NCBI GenBank assembly: GCA_905178155.1
Contig: CAJINV010000001.1
Location: 605,643 to 669,642, forward strand
Length of the DNA: 64,000 bases
Direction of reading: 5' to 3'
Source: Amoebophrya sp. A120
Lineage: Eukaryota; Protista; Dinoflagellata
Program-made: the position numbers and the translations under genes
In this document: in pieces, positions 11,442 to 22,945 of the stretch
Numbering within the stretch: position 1 is the stretch's first letter
Layout of the letters: the number at the start of each line of letters is the position of its first letter
The notes under the pieces: generated by a model
Databases searched by the model: none
What the model was told of the DNA's origin: nothing
The model's input: the letters and a program-made list of their open reading frames with translations, nothing else

Positions 11442-13470
11442 ATGCCTCCCAAACAGGACCGAGACGGAGATGCGCATATGCGTCGAGTTGGAGAGGAAGA
11501 AGAACTGAATCTAATAGAGCAAGCTTTATATGAGCTATGTGTCGAGTCGTTGGCTACCCAAGGAAAAACAGATAATGACCTAACGGAGGCTGTAAAGCTA
11601 CGGGAGTATCACAGGCTGCAAGAAACACCGGAGCGCGTAGTCGAGAAAGTTCGGCAGTTGCCGAACTCAAGAATTGCCGCAACAGTGACGCTAGAGCTCG
11701 CCAGCTCTTACTTGAAATCTTTCACGCTGAACAGCGGCATGGGTGACGCAAGCCCGGAATCAGGACCTGCGCACATGGAGGTAGAAGGATATTACTGCAC
11801 CAGCGATAGCGAAATCGAGGCGCCGGATGAGGGGGCACTGTTTAGCCCGGAATTCAAATCCGCGCATGCGCTCTTGAGCGAGTTTTTTCTTGCCCTCCTT
11901 CCTCAACTTCCTCAACTTCTGCAAGACGACCTGTGCGGAGCGTCCGATAGCTGAGCTACAGGTTGCTGAATGCAAGCTGCCGAGTGCACCCCAGAGGCGG
12001 GATTGGGAGTTCGTAGAGTTCATTCGACGGCTCTGGTGTGGCCACGAGGCAGAGACGGTCAACGCAGTGACCGATTGGGTTCGGGAGCATCAGGGAGTGT
12101 TGCAGCTCACGGACGAAAAAATCGAGGAGTTACTGCGAGGGTGGGACCTACTTTTTCACTTCTACGTGTATCACCAGGTAACGGGTTTCGTGCCGATGAT
12201 CAATCGCCTCAAAATGGCTTTTGAGGCACAGGCAAGAAGCTCTTTTGCTACTACCGCTTTGTCTACTGGGACTGTCGCCCCTAGCGCTTCGTCTTGGTCT
12301 AACCAGCCCACCGGAGCCTTGCAGCCGCACGCCCAGGGCGGGACGTCGCAAACAGGTACGCTTTCTGAGCGACATGCATGGCTCCCTTGATGCCATATGC
12401 GATCTTTACTGAAATTCAGATTTGAAAGAAGACAAATGATGAAAGCCAACTTTTATTTAGTCTGCGCAAATACGACCAGCTATGCCGAGAAAGAAATCAT
12501 GACGCGCACAGGTGCAACTCCTTTACCTGCACCCCGAGGTGACCGCTTCGACGTAATGTCCGCAGCAACAGAGAGCACATGCCTGTTGTTTAACAATCAA
12601 GACAATGCGGACAATTTTTCCAAGGTGAATAACCAGATGGTCCAGTGGGCGGAAGACCTGAATAGCAACTGGTGCCAGTGCTTCTTCTTCGAGTCACTGG
12701 TTGATAAAGAGAAGTACAGGGAGTGGCACACGACCAAGGTCCACCCGGTACTCCGCGCCTGGGCCTATTTCAACAGGTCAGAGGGACAGCGGGAGGACTT
12801 CGATGAGCTGGAGGACTGGACCGATTGCTTTGCGCACACTTTTTTCTGGATGTGGATGCGGTGCGTCTTAACGCACACAGCCGAGAAGAAGCCGTATTTT
12901 GTGCGGACGAAAGATTCGCGAGTGCAGCAGCGTTTGCGAGGCCGCCGACTGAAGTTAAAGCAAGACCTAGAAGCGTTTTTGAAGGGGGTTTGCCGTGAGC
13001 ACAAGTCGGAGCTGACGGAAACGGAATTGAACAGAATCCGCTTACCCGACATGATTCGATTGTACATGTATAAAGCTTTTCCCGGCGCATACGAAGACAT
13101 GAAGCGCGGCAGAAAGCTGTGGCGAATGTTGAAAGTCGACAAACACGGCAGAGAAGGAGAAAAGGGTTTCTCAAAACTGCACGCGGCTGTCGACTGCACA
13201 GAGGCAAATGTCAGGAACGTGCACCACGAGCTGATCGATTTAGCGAAGCAATGCGCAGAAGCATTTCCGGGCACAGCTGCTGAAAATCTGAAGAAGCTGG
13301 TCTTGTACATGAACGAGGCTAAAGACACTGCGCGGGATCATGCAAACTGGTTTCGCATGACGCATGAAGATGCGGGGCGTCGAGCGGAGTACAACAAGAT
13401 TGCGCAGCTGTTGGAACGAGTCGAAGTGACGGGCCAGGTTCCGGAGCGTTCTGACATTGTGCACCGCTGA
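11442..13470 (+). CDS. Hypothetical protein; GT-AG intron 12356-12460; frame change near 11880-11890 (unresolved intron or frameshift)
   Basis: Consecutive ORFs 11409-11954, 11890-12390 and 12397-13470; the canonical intron joins the last two in frame (TV-CANT). Confidence 0.55.
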
Positions 13471-13780
13471 TATCTTTCTAAGTAAAACGCGACGGGCGCG
13501 TCCTGGGCGAGAAGCTGTTTCTGGTGCGTTGCCGCCAACGGGGGTCTCTTTATTCTATTTTTATACTTTCTATGTAGTTGTTAATCGAGTGTGCATCCAC
13601 TCATGTATAGACAGAATTTAATGTCAATGACAAACACGACACAGATGATGATGATAATGATCATGTTAATCGATGCCCTTACTCTTTTAGAACGTGTATC
13701 AAAGGTCCCCTCGAAATCAAGACTGACACTATTCGTATCCCACACAACAAAGGTTCCATTTTTTACACTTTTCTGTAAAC

Positions 13781-13796
13781 GGGTTTAGGGTTTAGG
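13781..13796 (+). repeat. Interstitial telomere-like motif GGGTTTAGGGTTTAGG
   Basis: About two TTTAGGG units, about 290 bp upstream of the AP2 gene. Confidence 0.55.
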
Positions 13797-14075
13797 AATC
13801 CAGAGTTTTCAAAATCTTTACTGAGGCTTAGTTGATGAGGAGCCGCTCTTTCACTTGTGCCGTCAGTGTGTTCGCGGAGATCAGCAACAATTTATGTGCG
13901 CCGAGGAGGTGGGGCGCGATGGAACCGAGCGTGTGAGCGTATTTTTTCTAAGCGCGCACTACAATTGTTTACGATACCAATCAACTCCTCCGGTGGTGCT
14001 TTCTAAAGTGTACACAGATGGTGCGGTAGTTTCGTTTTGCCTGACGCAGGACCACTTGCGATCAGACTAGGAAGT

Positions 14076-15323
14076 ATGTTGCGTCCGGTCCGTCTTTCGT
14101 CTTGCGTTCGCGCGTCGAACCCCCGCACGAAACCGCGGCACGTGATCCACTGCCTGTCGTTTTCCTCAACTAGCGCAAGCACCTCGAGCAGCAGCAGCAG
14201 TACAACTAGTTCCAGACCACTTTCTCCTCCAACCACCCTCCCCCCACCCCCCGCGGCCTCACATACCAACCCTTTGGATTTCCAGGCAGCCCAGGATGGC
14301 GAGGAGGGCGTGGCGTTGCGTGGTCCAGACTTTGTCACGCTCCGGGAGCCCGAAAACCTGTATCGCCGCACCCGCCCGGAGCACAGCCGGGTCTTCGAAT
14401 GGGGCGTCGGGAATAAGTTTCGTGCGGACAGCAAAAATCGCTTTATGCCCGTGCACAAGCCGCACCCGAAGGAGATCGTGGTTCGGAACGACTACTACGA
14501 CAGTCCGAGCAAAAACATGTTTTTTGAGGACCACAACGAACAGTGGGAAGTGCTGTTCTACCAGGACTACAAGTGGCACGCCAAGCCGTTCCCGGTGAAG
14601 AAGTTCGGTCTTGAGCGCGCCAAGCGCGAGGCCTTGGCGTTTCTGGAAGAGAAAAAGGACTTTTTGGAGGACTGGAACGCGGCAGCCACGAAAGACCAAG
14701 AAAAGGATTTTATCGATCCGCGGCTGCGCATTCCGGAGAGAACTGTCTTCGGCACGCACGACTTCGCTGCCGGAGCCCACCCGGAATACAGCCGACCGGT
14801 GCCGCGAATCGGAGAGGGCGACCCGACGGTTGATGCACCCGCAAGAATCGGACCAGGTGTTGTGTCGAATGATGCGGTTGCCAAAGCTGGTGCGAAAGAA
14901 ATGATCAGTGCGGAAACTACCAGTGCAACTTCTTCTGTTCTTCCCGCTCAAGAAGAATCCGCCGCAACCCACCCGCCGCTCTACTCGTGCGCGTATTCTT
15001 CGGCGCTGAAGAAATTCAGTGGCACTTTCGCGGCGGAGCGGAGAGACGCCAAACTGGAGGCCAGAGCGGGCAGCGCCATCGCGCGGGCCGCGATTAGCCG
15101 GCAAATCAGCGAAAAGCGGGCGATGTTTACAGAAAAGGAACTGCACAGCGACCCGACCGTGCCCATCGAGTTTGACGCGCGGATGCAGGGCTGGACCGTG
15201 TTTTATTACGACGAAAGCGGGCGGCCGAAGACGAAGTGCTACTCGGCGAGAAAGTGGGGAAATCAAGTGGCGCGGGACAAGGCGTTGGCGCTCTACCAAG
15301 AGCGGGGATTGGGGTTGGGATAG
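14076..15323 (+). CDS. AP2-domain (ApiAP2-like) protein with a putative mitochondrial presequence
   Basis: Arg/Ser-rich, acid-free N-terminus MLRPVRLSSCVRASNPRTKPR; two AP2-like units WEVLFYQDYKWHAKPFPVKKFGLERAKREA and WTVFYYDESGRPKTKCYSARKWGNQVARDKA. Confidence 0.72.
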   Translation: MLRPVRLSSCVRASNPRTKPRHVIHCLSFSSTSASTSSSSSSTTSSRPLSPPTTLPPPPAASHTNPLDFQAAQDGEEGVALRGPDFVTLREPENLYRRTRPEHSRVFEWGVGNKFRADSKNRFMPVHKPHPKEIVVRNDYYDSPSKNMFFEDHNEQWEVLFYQDYKWHAKPFPVKKFGLERAKREALAFLEEKKDFLEDWNAAATKDQEKDFIDPRLRIPERTVFGTHDFAAGAHPEYSRPVPRIGEGDPTVDAPARIGPGVVSNDAVAKAGAKEMISAETTSATSSVLPAQEESAATHPPLYSCAYSSALKKFSGTFAAERRDAKLEARAGSAIARAAISRQISEKRAMFTEKELHSDPTVPIEFDARMQGWTVFYYDESGRPKTKCYSARKWGNQVARDKALALYQERGLGLG

Positions 15324-16563
15324 CTCTTGCGAACCTCCTCGTGGCGGGCGGAATTGTTTGATGCGAAAATTGCTTGCAGGTCTGCAGAACTGGTGGGGTG
15401 GAACAGGTTTTTACTTGCGCCTTTCGGTGGACTCTGGATCTACTCATCGTAGATGAAACTTACGGTGAACTCGGGTGGTGAAACATCTTCTTGTTCTTTG
15501 AATCATAGCAAACAAAGCACTTTGATGACTTCCAAAGCTTCTCCCAGTGCTGGCGCGAAAAGAACACGAAGTAGGTATGCATTGGCCCTTGAAGTAGATC
15601 TGATATGTGCTTTGTGAAAAATCTGGAATCTTCGCCGCACGCACAAGTCCACCCTAGAGCACCGACACGAAATGAACGGAAAATCGTGGGAAAACAAGAA
15701 AATCGCATCGCAGCATCGCATTCGATCGAGCCTCTTCTACGCAAAGTAGTTTTACTTTTATTAACATCTTCATCTGCACTACTCTTGTGTTGATCTGAAA
15801 ATCGTGCCGCTGAGGAGATCTGACATCGTGCGAGATCTTACGAAAAAATCGTTTGATTCCATTCATTATTCGCTTGGCAATGCGGCTGTCGTTTATTTTC
15901 TCATCCTCGCACAGGCGACAGCGAACGACAAGAACTGTGTAAAATTTTGGTAGCACATTTTGGTAGTGAGTACCATTCGAGTTGTGCTGGAATCGACTTG
16001 CTTGTTGTAGTGATTTCTGTTGCAACTAGAACTTGTATTGTGCACGGAGTATAATGAAAAGTGTAAGTGGTTTTGATCATTTTGACTTCACGCTAATTCA
16101 GTTACATAGAGAGTGGTCCTTCTAGTGGATTTTTATGAATAGCAAAAAACTACTTATGCACCGCGACTTCGAGCGGAAACGGAAGTACATGCCCAAACAC
16201 TACGGACACGGCGACGCAGCGGGACACATGATGCGTGTATGATATTGCAAGTTCTCCTTCTCCTCGCCGCCAAGCAGTAGAAGCTCTACCCCACCGACGT
16301 CAGTGACCCACGAGGTGTTAGTTGCCAAACGACCTCCTTTCGGACTACAACCTGCCTGCAATCATGGGAGCCCCAGCGGCGTGTGCACGACGGGTAGTTC
16401 TTCCTTTGCAGATAAGGATTGCTGCTGCAGCTCGACAGGAGAGGTGACGCCAAACATACCGCATGGGGTAAATTGAACAAAACTTCTCGTTGGTTGCAAG
16501 GAGCCTCGGACCATAGCTACGAGCTGCGACTTCACACGACATCTCACTCTATAGAAGTCCACC

Positions 16564-19500
16564 ATGTCATCTCCTAGCAGCAGCTCCCGCGGCCCCATGA
16601 ATATCAAGGCGACGGAGCCGCGTTGGCCGTCTCTCGTGTCTACCGTCGTGAACATTGCGCGCGCCGCCAACCAGCAGGATTTGGGGGACTACGTGGCCTT
16701 TCCCTCCGGGTTTGTGCCCGCACTGGACCCGGTTCGCACCGGGCTCCGGAAGCGGCACGGGCTCGACGTTGTGCTGCCGAAGACGCGGCCGACCGGGACT
16801 TTGCCGAAGGTATTGTTTGTGTACTCGTCCTCCGTCGTGCTGGGCACGAGGGAGTTGTACCAGCACTTGGCGGCGCACCTCAGTTGGCACGCGGTCTGCA
16901 GCGTGGCTTTATTCGACGTCGACGGGGAAGCTGTGGAGAGCGGCAACAGTGCTGAATTCAAGTTGAGCAAACTCCGCTTCGTGTGGGAAACGGCGAAACC
17001 AGACTACGTCATCGCAGACAGCTTCGGGGCGACATTGTGTCTGTTGCTGCTCAGCGAGGTTTGCGAGGAGGAGAGGAAGGAGGCAGCGAAAGTACTATCT
17101 CCCAGCAGCCCTCGTTCTCCTGACGGGGTGCAGGAGCGAGCAGTAGAGCGCGGTCAGCAGAAGTTCTCCCCCTCGCCCCGAATGTCGACTAAGCACCAGC
17201 GACGCAGAAATAATGAAGAACCGCCCGCCGACGACCTTGCGGAGGCGCTTGATGGCAGTTTACGGCTGAATTTAGATAGAGCAGGAGAAGGGTCGGTCGG
17301 AATGAAAGGCCAAGCGAATTCTCCTCCAGCGGGAACAAGACCTGCAGGTGCACCAACTAGAAGCGCCGCGCGAAAGAAGTTTTCCCTCCTGGGCGGGCTG
17401 TTGCTACTTTCCCCCTGGGTAGACCTGCAGGACCAGAAACTTCCGTCCTGGGATTCCAACCAGTGCTCTTACGACTACCTCGACCCCACGGTCATGCGTC
17501 GCGTCGCGCTGGACTTCGCAGCGGAGCATGCAGAATATTGCACCGTGAAATCGCAGCACGAAAAGTTGCAGGCGATGGAAAAAATATTGAACAGGCAAGA
17601 AGCAGCTGCAACGTCCTCGCACGGGATAATCACAACTATAGAAGCAGGCTCGACGCCAAGAAGTAAAAACTTAGCGGGAGGAGCCACGACCTCAGGGGGA
17701 GCAAGGACGACTTCCAGCAGTAAGCTCGGGGCGAAAGCAGAGTCCAGTGCTGGCAGTAACAATACAACGTCTAACATGAACGACCAAAAAGCCGCTTTCG
17801 GTGCTGCGGCCCTCGTTTCCGGCGATTCGGCTACCGTCGCCGCGGCCCGTCTTTCGCGGTACAAGGTGGCTTTTCGGGCGGTTTCCGACTCGTCTTCGTC
17901 GGAAGAGGACTCTCCGCCGGCGAAGCGACGGACCTCGAGCGTGCAGGACAGTGTTTTGTCGAGCGAGAGCGCCGCATCGACGCAGGACAACGAGGAGGAC
18001 CAGAAGAACACCTTGAAAATGCGGAAGGGCCAGGAGAGCTTCGCGATGATGCTGGGGCTGAAGCCGAAAGAGAAGCAAAAATCCGCGTGGAAAGAGATCG
18101 TCGCGCCGGAAATTTCGGAGGAGGAGATTCTCCGGCGGGCCTCGCCGAGTTCCTTCGCGGGCGACTTTGCGAACCATTTTTCGCCCGAAGTCTGCCCCCG
18201 GATACACATCGTCTTTGGCGGCCGCGAGAAGCTCCGCGACCAGATCCGGGTGTTCGCGAAAAACCTGCAAGTCGCGCACTTCAAGGCCGAGCAATCGGGA
18301 AAACCGGCGGTGAATGTGCGAGTGGAGGAATTTGCGGATTTGGCGCACTCCTTCCTGCCGCTGTTCTCCGCCTTCGAGCCCCGACGGCATTACGGCGACA
18401 TCCACATGGCCCTGAACTCGGTTCTGCGGTTTCTGTGCACGCCGGTCGGTAACAGTGGCGGTGCTTGTGCAACATCTACTGCGCTGCAGCATAAAAACTA
18501 TGGCATGATGATGAAAACTGTTCCACTGCGGGCACCGTCGTCAATCATGCTCCGACGCGAGAGCGACGCAGTACCGCATCACGGCAGTAGTACCCAAAGT
18601 GCAGCGGGGGCGGCGGCCTTCGGGAATAAAGCAGCGATAGGTACAACAAGCATTTCGAAAAGTACCAGCGATCAACATCTTCCCAATCGCAGCGGCACTC
18701 TGGTACAACATCAGTCATCCAACCGGCCCGAAGACGATCGTGCCCCACCCCCTGCACCGAAACCCCCTTTTACTCCCTCCGAGCTGGATGTGCGAGATTT
18801 TGGCGAAGCCAACCTATGCCCCTTGCGGTTGCACGTGATCCAAGACTTTTCGCCCCCGGAACCCAGCGACGCCCTGTACTGCGAGAATTGTCTGCGCGAC
18901 AAGCCGGGCTGGAGCGCGTTCGGGAGCACTGGTACCTCTAGCACTCATGACCACCTGGCCCCCTGCACGAATTTAGGGGGTAACAGTTGCGGCGGTTTGC
19001 GACTCTGCGGCAAGTGCCGCGAGTCGCACGTGTGCGACGCGTGGATCAGCTTGCTACGGGACATGTGCGTTGTCGGCCGCGCAACCCCGGGGGACTGCCT
19101 GGTTTTGCACGCCCCGTCCGCCGAGTATCCCATCGAGAAGCTGTTTCTCATTTCCCAGGGCGGCCGTCCCGCGGAAAATACTAGTACAACCACTGGAGAT
19201 AATAATAAAACCAAGATGTTATTAACCGCGCAAGCATTGCAAGATGCGGTGGCAAAGACCACGCTGCGCTACGGACCTCCGCAGGAGAATTATAGCAATT
19301 CTGGTTCTACTTCAACCGCAGCAGTGGTCGACCCAAATTCCTCCTGGGGCGCCATCGCCGACTGGTGGAGCACGGCGGAGCAGGCCGAGGAAGCCAGAAA
19401 AGAGCGGGAGAGGCGCGCGGAGCGGCGGTACTCGGAACTCCTGGTTTTCCTCGCGACTTTACTGGAGAAGGTGGAGCAGAAGCTTGGGCGGACGTCCGCG

Positions 19501-20130
19501 GACATTGCGGAAGACTTCCCGTTCGCGACCATCGAAAACCTGGAAATCGAGCACCTCGGGTTCCAGCACCTGCTCCGATTTCTCCGGCAGCTGGAGGTGT
19601 TGGCGCACACCACCTACGCCCCCATCCTCACCATGCACACCGGGCTTATGTCGCTGCACCGCCGGGGGGTGGACTTTTTGCAGCGCCGGCAGCAGGGGCC
19701 CACGATCCAGGACCGAACGCTGTTGACCATGGACTCCGCAGTGAATTTATTGCCGATTTACTGTGCAACGACCAGTCCCGCACAGCAAAATAATACCACG
19801 CCGTCGAGCAGGAGCGGGTCCAACGAACCCTGGTCTCCGGCGAGCTATTACAACAGCGGTCTGGATACAAATACAACAACCCGGCGAAATAACAACAGCA
19901 ATAACTACCCTTTCGTGGACGATAATTTCGGGAGTAATCTGCGGTACCCCTTCAGCGGGCCACTGAGTGGCCGCGGCGGTCGTGACATCTACTCCGAGGA
20001 CGACGACGAGGACCAATTCTCCAGCAGCACACCAGGTGGAAACGCGAATCGTAGGTTCCAACACCGCCCACGAGCTAGCACCCTCGACAGCGAAGAGAGT
20101 AACTGGCGAAGTTACAACTCGGAACAGTGA
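16564..20130 (+). CDS. Large alpha/beta-hydrolase (HSL/Abhydrolase_3-like) protein with low-complexity inserts and a Cys/His cluster
   Basis: 1188-aa uninterrupted ORF; IADSFGA nucleophile elbow, LLLLSPWVDL, IVFGGREKLRD, DLAHSF; CENC...CGKC...HVC. Confidence 0.7.
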   Translation: MSSPSSSSRGPMNIKATEPRWPSLVSTVVNIARAANQQDLGDYVAFPSGFVPALDPVRTGLRKRHGLDVVLPKTRPTGTLPKVLFVYSSSVVLGTRELYQHLAAHLSWHAVCSVALFDVDGEAVESGNSAEFKLSKLRFVWETAKPDYVIADSFGATLCLLLLSEVCEEERKEAAKVLSPSSPRSPDGVQERAVERGQQKFSPSPRMSTKHQRRRNNEEPPADDLAEALDGSLRLNLDRAGEGSVGMKGQANSPPAGTRPAGAPTRSAARKKFSLLGGLLLLSPWVDLQDQKLPSWDSNQCSYDYLDPTVMRRVALDFAAEHAEYCTVKSQHEKLQAMEKILNRQEAAATSSHGIITTIEAGSTPRSKNLAGGATTSGGARTTSSSKLGAKAESSAGSNNTTSNMNDQKAAFGAAALVSGDSATVAAARLSRYKVAFRAVSDSSSSEEDSPPAKRRTSSVQDSVLSSESAASTQDNEEDQKNTLKMRKGQESFAMMLGLKPKEKQKSAWKEIVAPEISEEEILRRASPSSFAGDFANHFSPEVCPRIHIVFGGREKLRDQIRVFAKNLQVAHFKAEQSGKPAVNVRVEEFADLAHSFLPLFSAFEPRRHYGDIHMALNSVLRFLCTPVGNSGGACATSTALQHKNYGMMMKTVPLRAPSSIMLRRESDAVPHHGSSTQSAAGAAAFGNKAAIGTTSISKSTSDQHLPNRSGTLVQHQSSNRPEDDRAPPPAPKPPFTPSELDVRDFGEANLCPLRLHVIQDFSPPEPSDALYCENCLRDKPGWSAFGSTGTSSTHDHLAPCTNLGGNSCGGLRLCGKCRESHVCDAWISLLRDMCVVGRATPGDCLVLHAPSAEYPIEKLFLISQGGRPAENTSTTTGDNNKTKMLLTAQALQDAVAKTTLRYGPPQENYSNSGSTSTAAVVDPNSSWGAIADWWSTAEQAEEARKERERRAERRYSELLVFLATLLEKVEQKLGRTSADIAEDFPFATIENLEIEHLGFQHLLRFLRQLEVLAHTTYAPILTMHTGLMSLHRRGVDFLQRRQQGPTIQDRTLLTMDSAVNLLPIYCATTSPAQQNNTTPSSRSGSNEPWSPASYYNSGLDTNTTTRRNNNSNNYPFVDDNFGSNLRYPFSGPLSGRGGRDIYSEDDDEDQFSSSTPGGNANRRFQHRPRASTLDSEESNWRSYNSEQ

Positions 20131-22945
20131 TGCAGCTCTGGACTTTCACAGCAGCCTGGCGGAACAAGAACTGTCTTGTCGTGGAGCATGTGCTGGGATC
20201 TGGTTTCGCAGCAGCACAGACGGTGTTGCGCACGATTTGAACGGACCGGTTTGGTGCAGCTTCTTTGGTCTTGTCGTATCTCGTCGAAGAAGTGGAGTCA
20301 CAGCCAACGCAGAAGGGGGCTGTGACGGGCGAGGGGATGGCAATCACTGGAACCAGATTTATTTTCTCTCCCCCTGGTGTTGGTCTGCAATTATAAATAT
20401 GCACGCCCTCGAAATGTTTTGAATGCAGATGACCCACCTGCTGGCGACACCTGACGAACTTTTCTGTAGATTGTACAGCGACTACCATGTGGAAATCATT
20501 TGAACAAAGGAAATTATTCATTATAGTCGTGAAAGACTTGTGCAAGATGCATTCAATGATTATTTTGTGGGATAAACAAGCACCACGCACGGTGCCGCGG
20601 CAACCAACGTGCTGTGGCGACGTGGTCGCCCGTGTGTGGCATCATGTGTTCCGGAGCGTATTTTGACACTCAGACCCAACTTACTTCAACGGCAAGCGAA
20701 TGATAAAAATGGTGTAATAAGTACTTACCAAGATACTAGCAAAGGACCTCTAAGAAACAACTGACGATCAGCACATAGGACCACTGGCTCTCGACGAAGA
20801 GACGCGTAGAAGACACTGCAGCAACCACGACCCGATCCGGCGATGTTTTTGCTCGTGTGGTGGTAAAACACGGCAAAGATCATGCCATGACAAGAAGCGT
20901 AAACATAAGTTCACGCGCCTCCAAGATCTACTACTTCTATGATATCAACGTGGGGTGAGATTATACAAAACTGCAGGCAGCAGTAATAGGTGGGAACGCG
21001 ACATGCATGGCATTAGACAGAAGTGTCTTTCTTCTACTACCGTGGTCACTCGAGGCTCAGTAGCGCGTGCACAACTGCGATGGATAAAACTGTCAGCGCA
21101 AGACAAGATCATCTTTTTTTAGTAAAAACCTGTTTTGTCATCGAACAAGTGGAAGTTCAAAACAAAAGCGGATTGGATTGACTGTCTTCTTGGTAATGGT
21201 ACTATTCTTTTGGTGTAGGATAATCACGGACGACCAGCACTTCCAATATCATCTCGCTTTCTCCTATGTCCGGTGCAATGTTCTCTTTGATTTTCATCCT
21301 TTCTCTTGCAGGCGTTCGAGAGAAGATTCTATCATTTCTGATAGTGCTGCTGCCGCTTTTTTAGAAAGGTACGCAATTTCACTTGCCTGTGAAGCAGTAG
21401 TAAAGTTCTTCCTCTTTATTCACACTATTCTTTTTTGAAGTACAACCAGCAGAGCTTCGAGGCAGCGCAATTTCGGTTGCAGATTTTTCCGATCAATAAA
21501 CTATTAAAAAGTGGCTTTTCCAACCAGAAGCTAAATTTTCCGAATCTTGTTTTGGTTCTCACCGCATTGATTGATACTCTGTCTGCTCCCTGAGCACATC
21601 CTCTTTTTCCCGTTACCGATAAAGAAAAGCTGGACCGCAGCCACTTTCTGTTATTTTCGCGGTCATGAAGATGGACAAATGGCTTTTCACAAAAAAAAAT
21701 CATAGGACGATGTGAAGATAAATGACACGAAGCAAGTACAACAAGTACTTGACGAGAAATAGATGGTACTTGTCAAGAACAAATACTACATACTGTTTTA
21801 GCTCCTGAGCGCCTTTTCGCCGGCTTATCGTCGAAGACGCGTTTCGCATTCATATATGCACATCTCGGAGTCTTATTCGCGATTACTGACTTAGTCCTGT
21901 TTTTTTGAAAATAAAGAAAGTTTGTTTGTACTCGAAGGTTTTGATGTCAATAGTAGAGCTAGCAAAAGTAGTATTCAAACGCTGAGAATATAGAATCCAA
22001 AATATTTATGCTTAGAATATAGAAAATTATAGATATAGACCGTATTGTTCACTACAAGAAATAAAGTTTGTTTGTATCCTAGCAACATAAGGCGAAAGGT
22101 GAAAGGTGAAGACGTTCACCACCAGCAGACCGCAAGAATTTAATCACGAAAAACTTCGCTCTCATTTCCTACCTCATTCTTATCGTGCATTCAAATCTGT
22201 AATGCTATTTTGCCTCTCGGCACAGAAATGCCCTCTCCTGCTTCTAGATCTTGCCTTTCCTCCCTTCTTATTCTTATCGGCTTTTCGAACTGCATAGCAT
22301 GCTCCATTCCACAGGCAGATTCTTACGTGCAAGGAAAACGCGATCTTTTAGATTTCTAAAAGCGATAGTAGAAATAGAATTTTTATTTTTGTTTTTGTTT
22401 ACTTCAAATGCAATTAAGATGTATCTCTATTAATAACATTGTTGATACTTAATCCGGATAAACAAGCGTGATCTATCATTTCTATGTACTATCCTAACCA
22501 GATACTTTCCCTTGGGTTCTTTACAACCACTTTCCAAAATATTTATTCGATCGCCTTTTTTCTCAATCCTCTGAAGAAGTTTTTTACCCGTCTCGCCAAA
22601 CGGAGCGCAAAAGCTCTTTCCACGTCCGAAAAAGAAAGGGGCGGAAGTCAGGAACGAAAAGGAGAACGACGAAGTAGACCACCGGGAGAAGAAAAACCAG
22701 CATCAAGAACAACCGAATCACAATCAGAAGATCATCATCATCATCCACGGAAAAAAAATTTTACGGAGGCTCAAGAACTACAAAGTAAGACTACTGCAGC
22801 TTCGAAAAAGCAGCAAGCGTCTTTATTTTCGGCAGGTAAGAAAAACATAAGTGAAAGTAAAGGAAAGCTCAGCAGCGCCGGTTATTATTTCCCACCTCCG
22901 ACCACGTCTGCGGAAAAGGAAAAGCACACGAACACCACCAACATC

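Noticed and set aside
14259-18492. Long minus-strand ORFs (e.g. 14259-15299, 17475-18284)
   Set aside because: Antisense shadows of GC-rich + strand genes, with no motifs.
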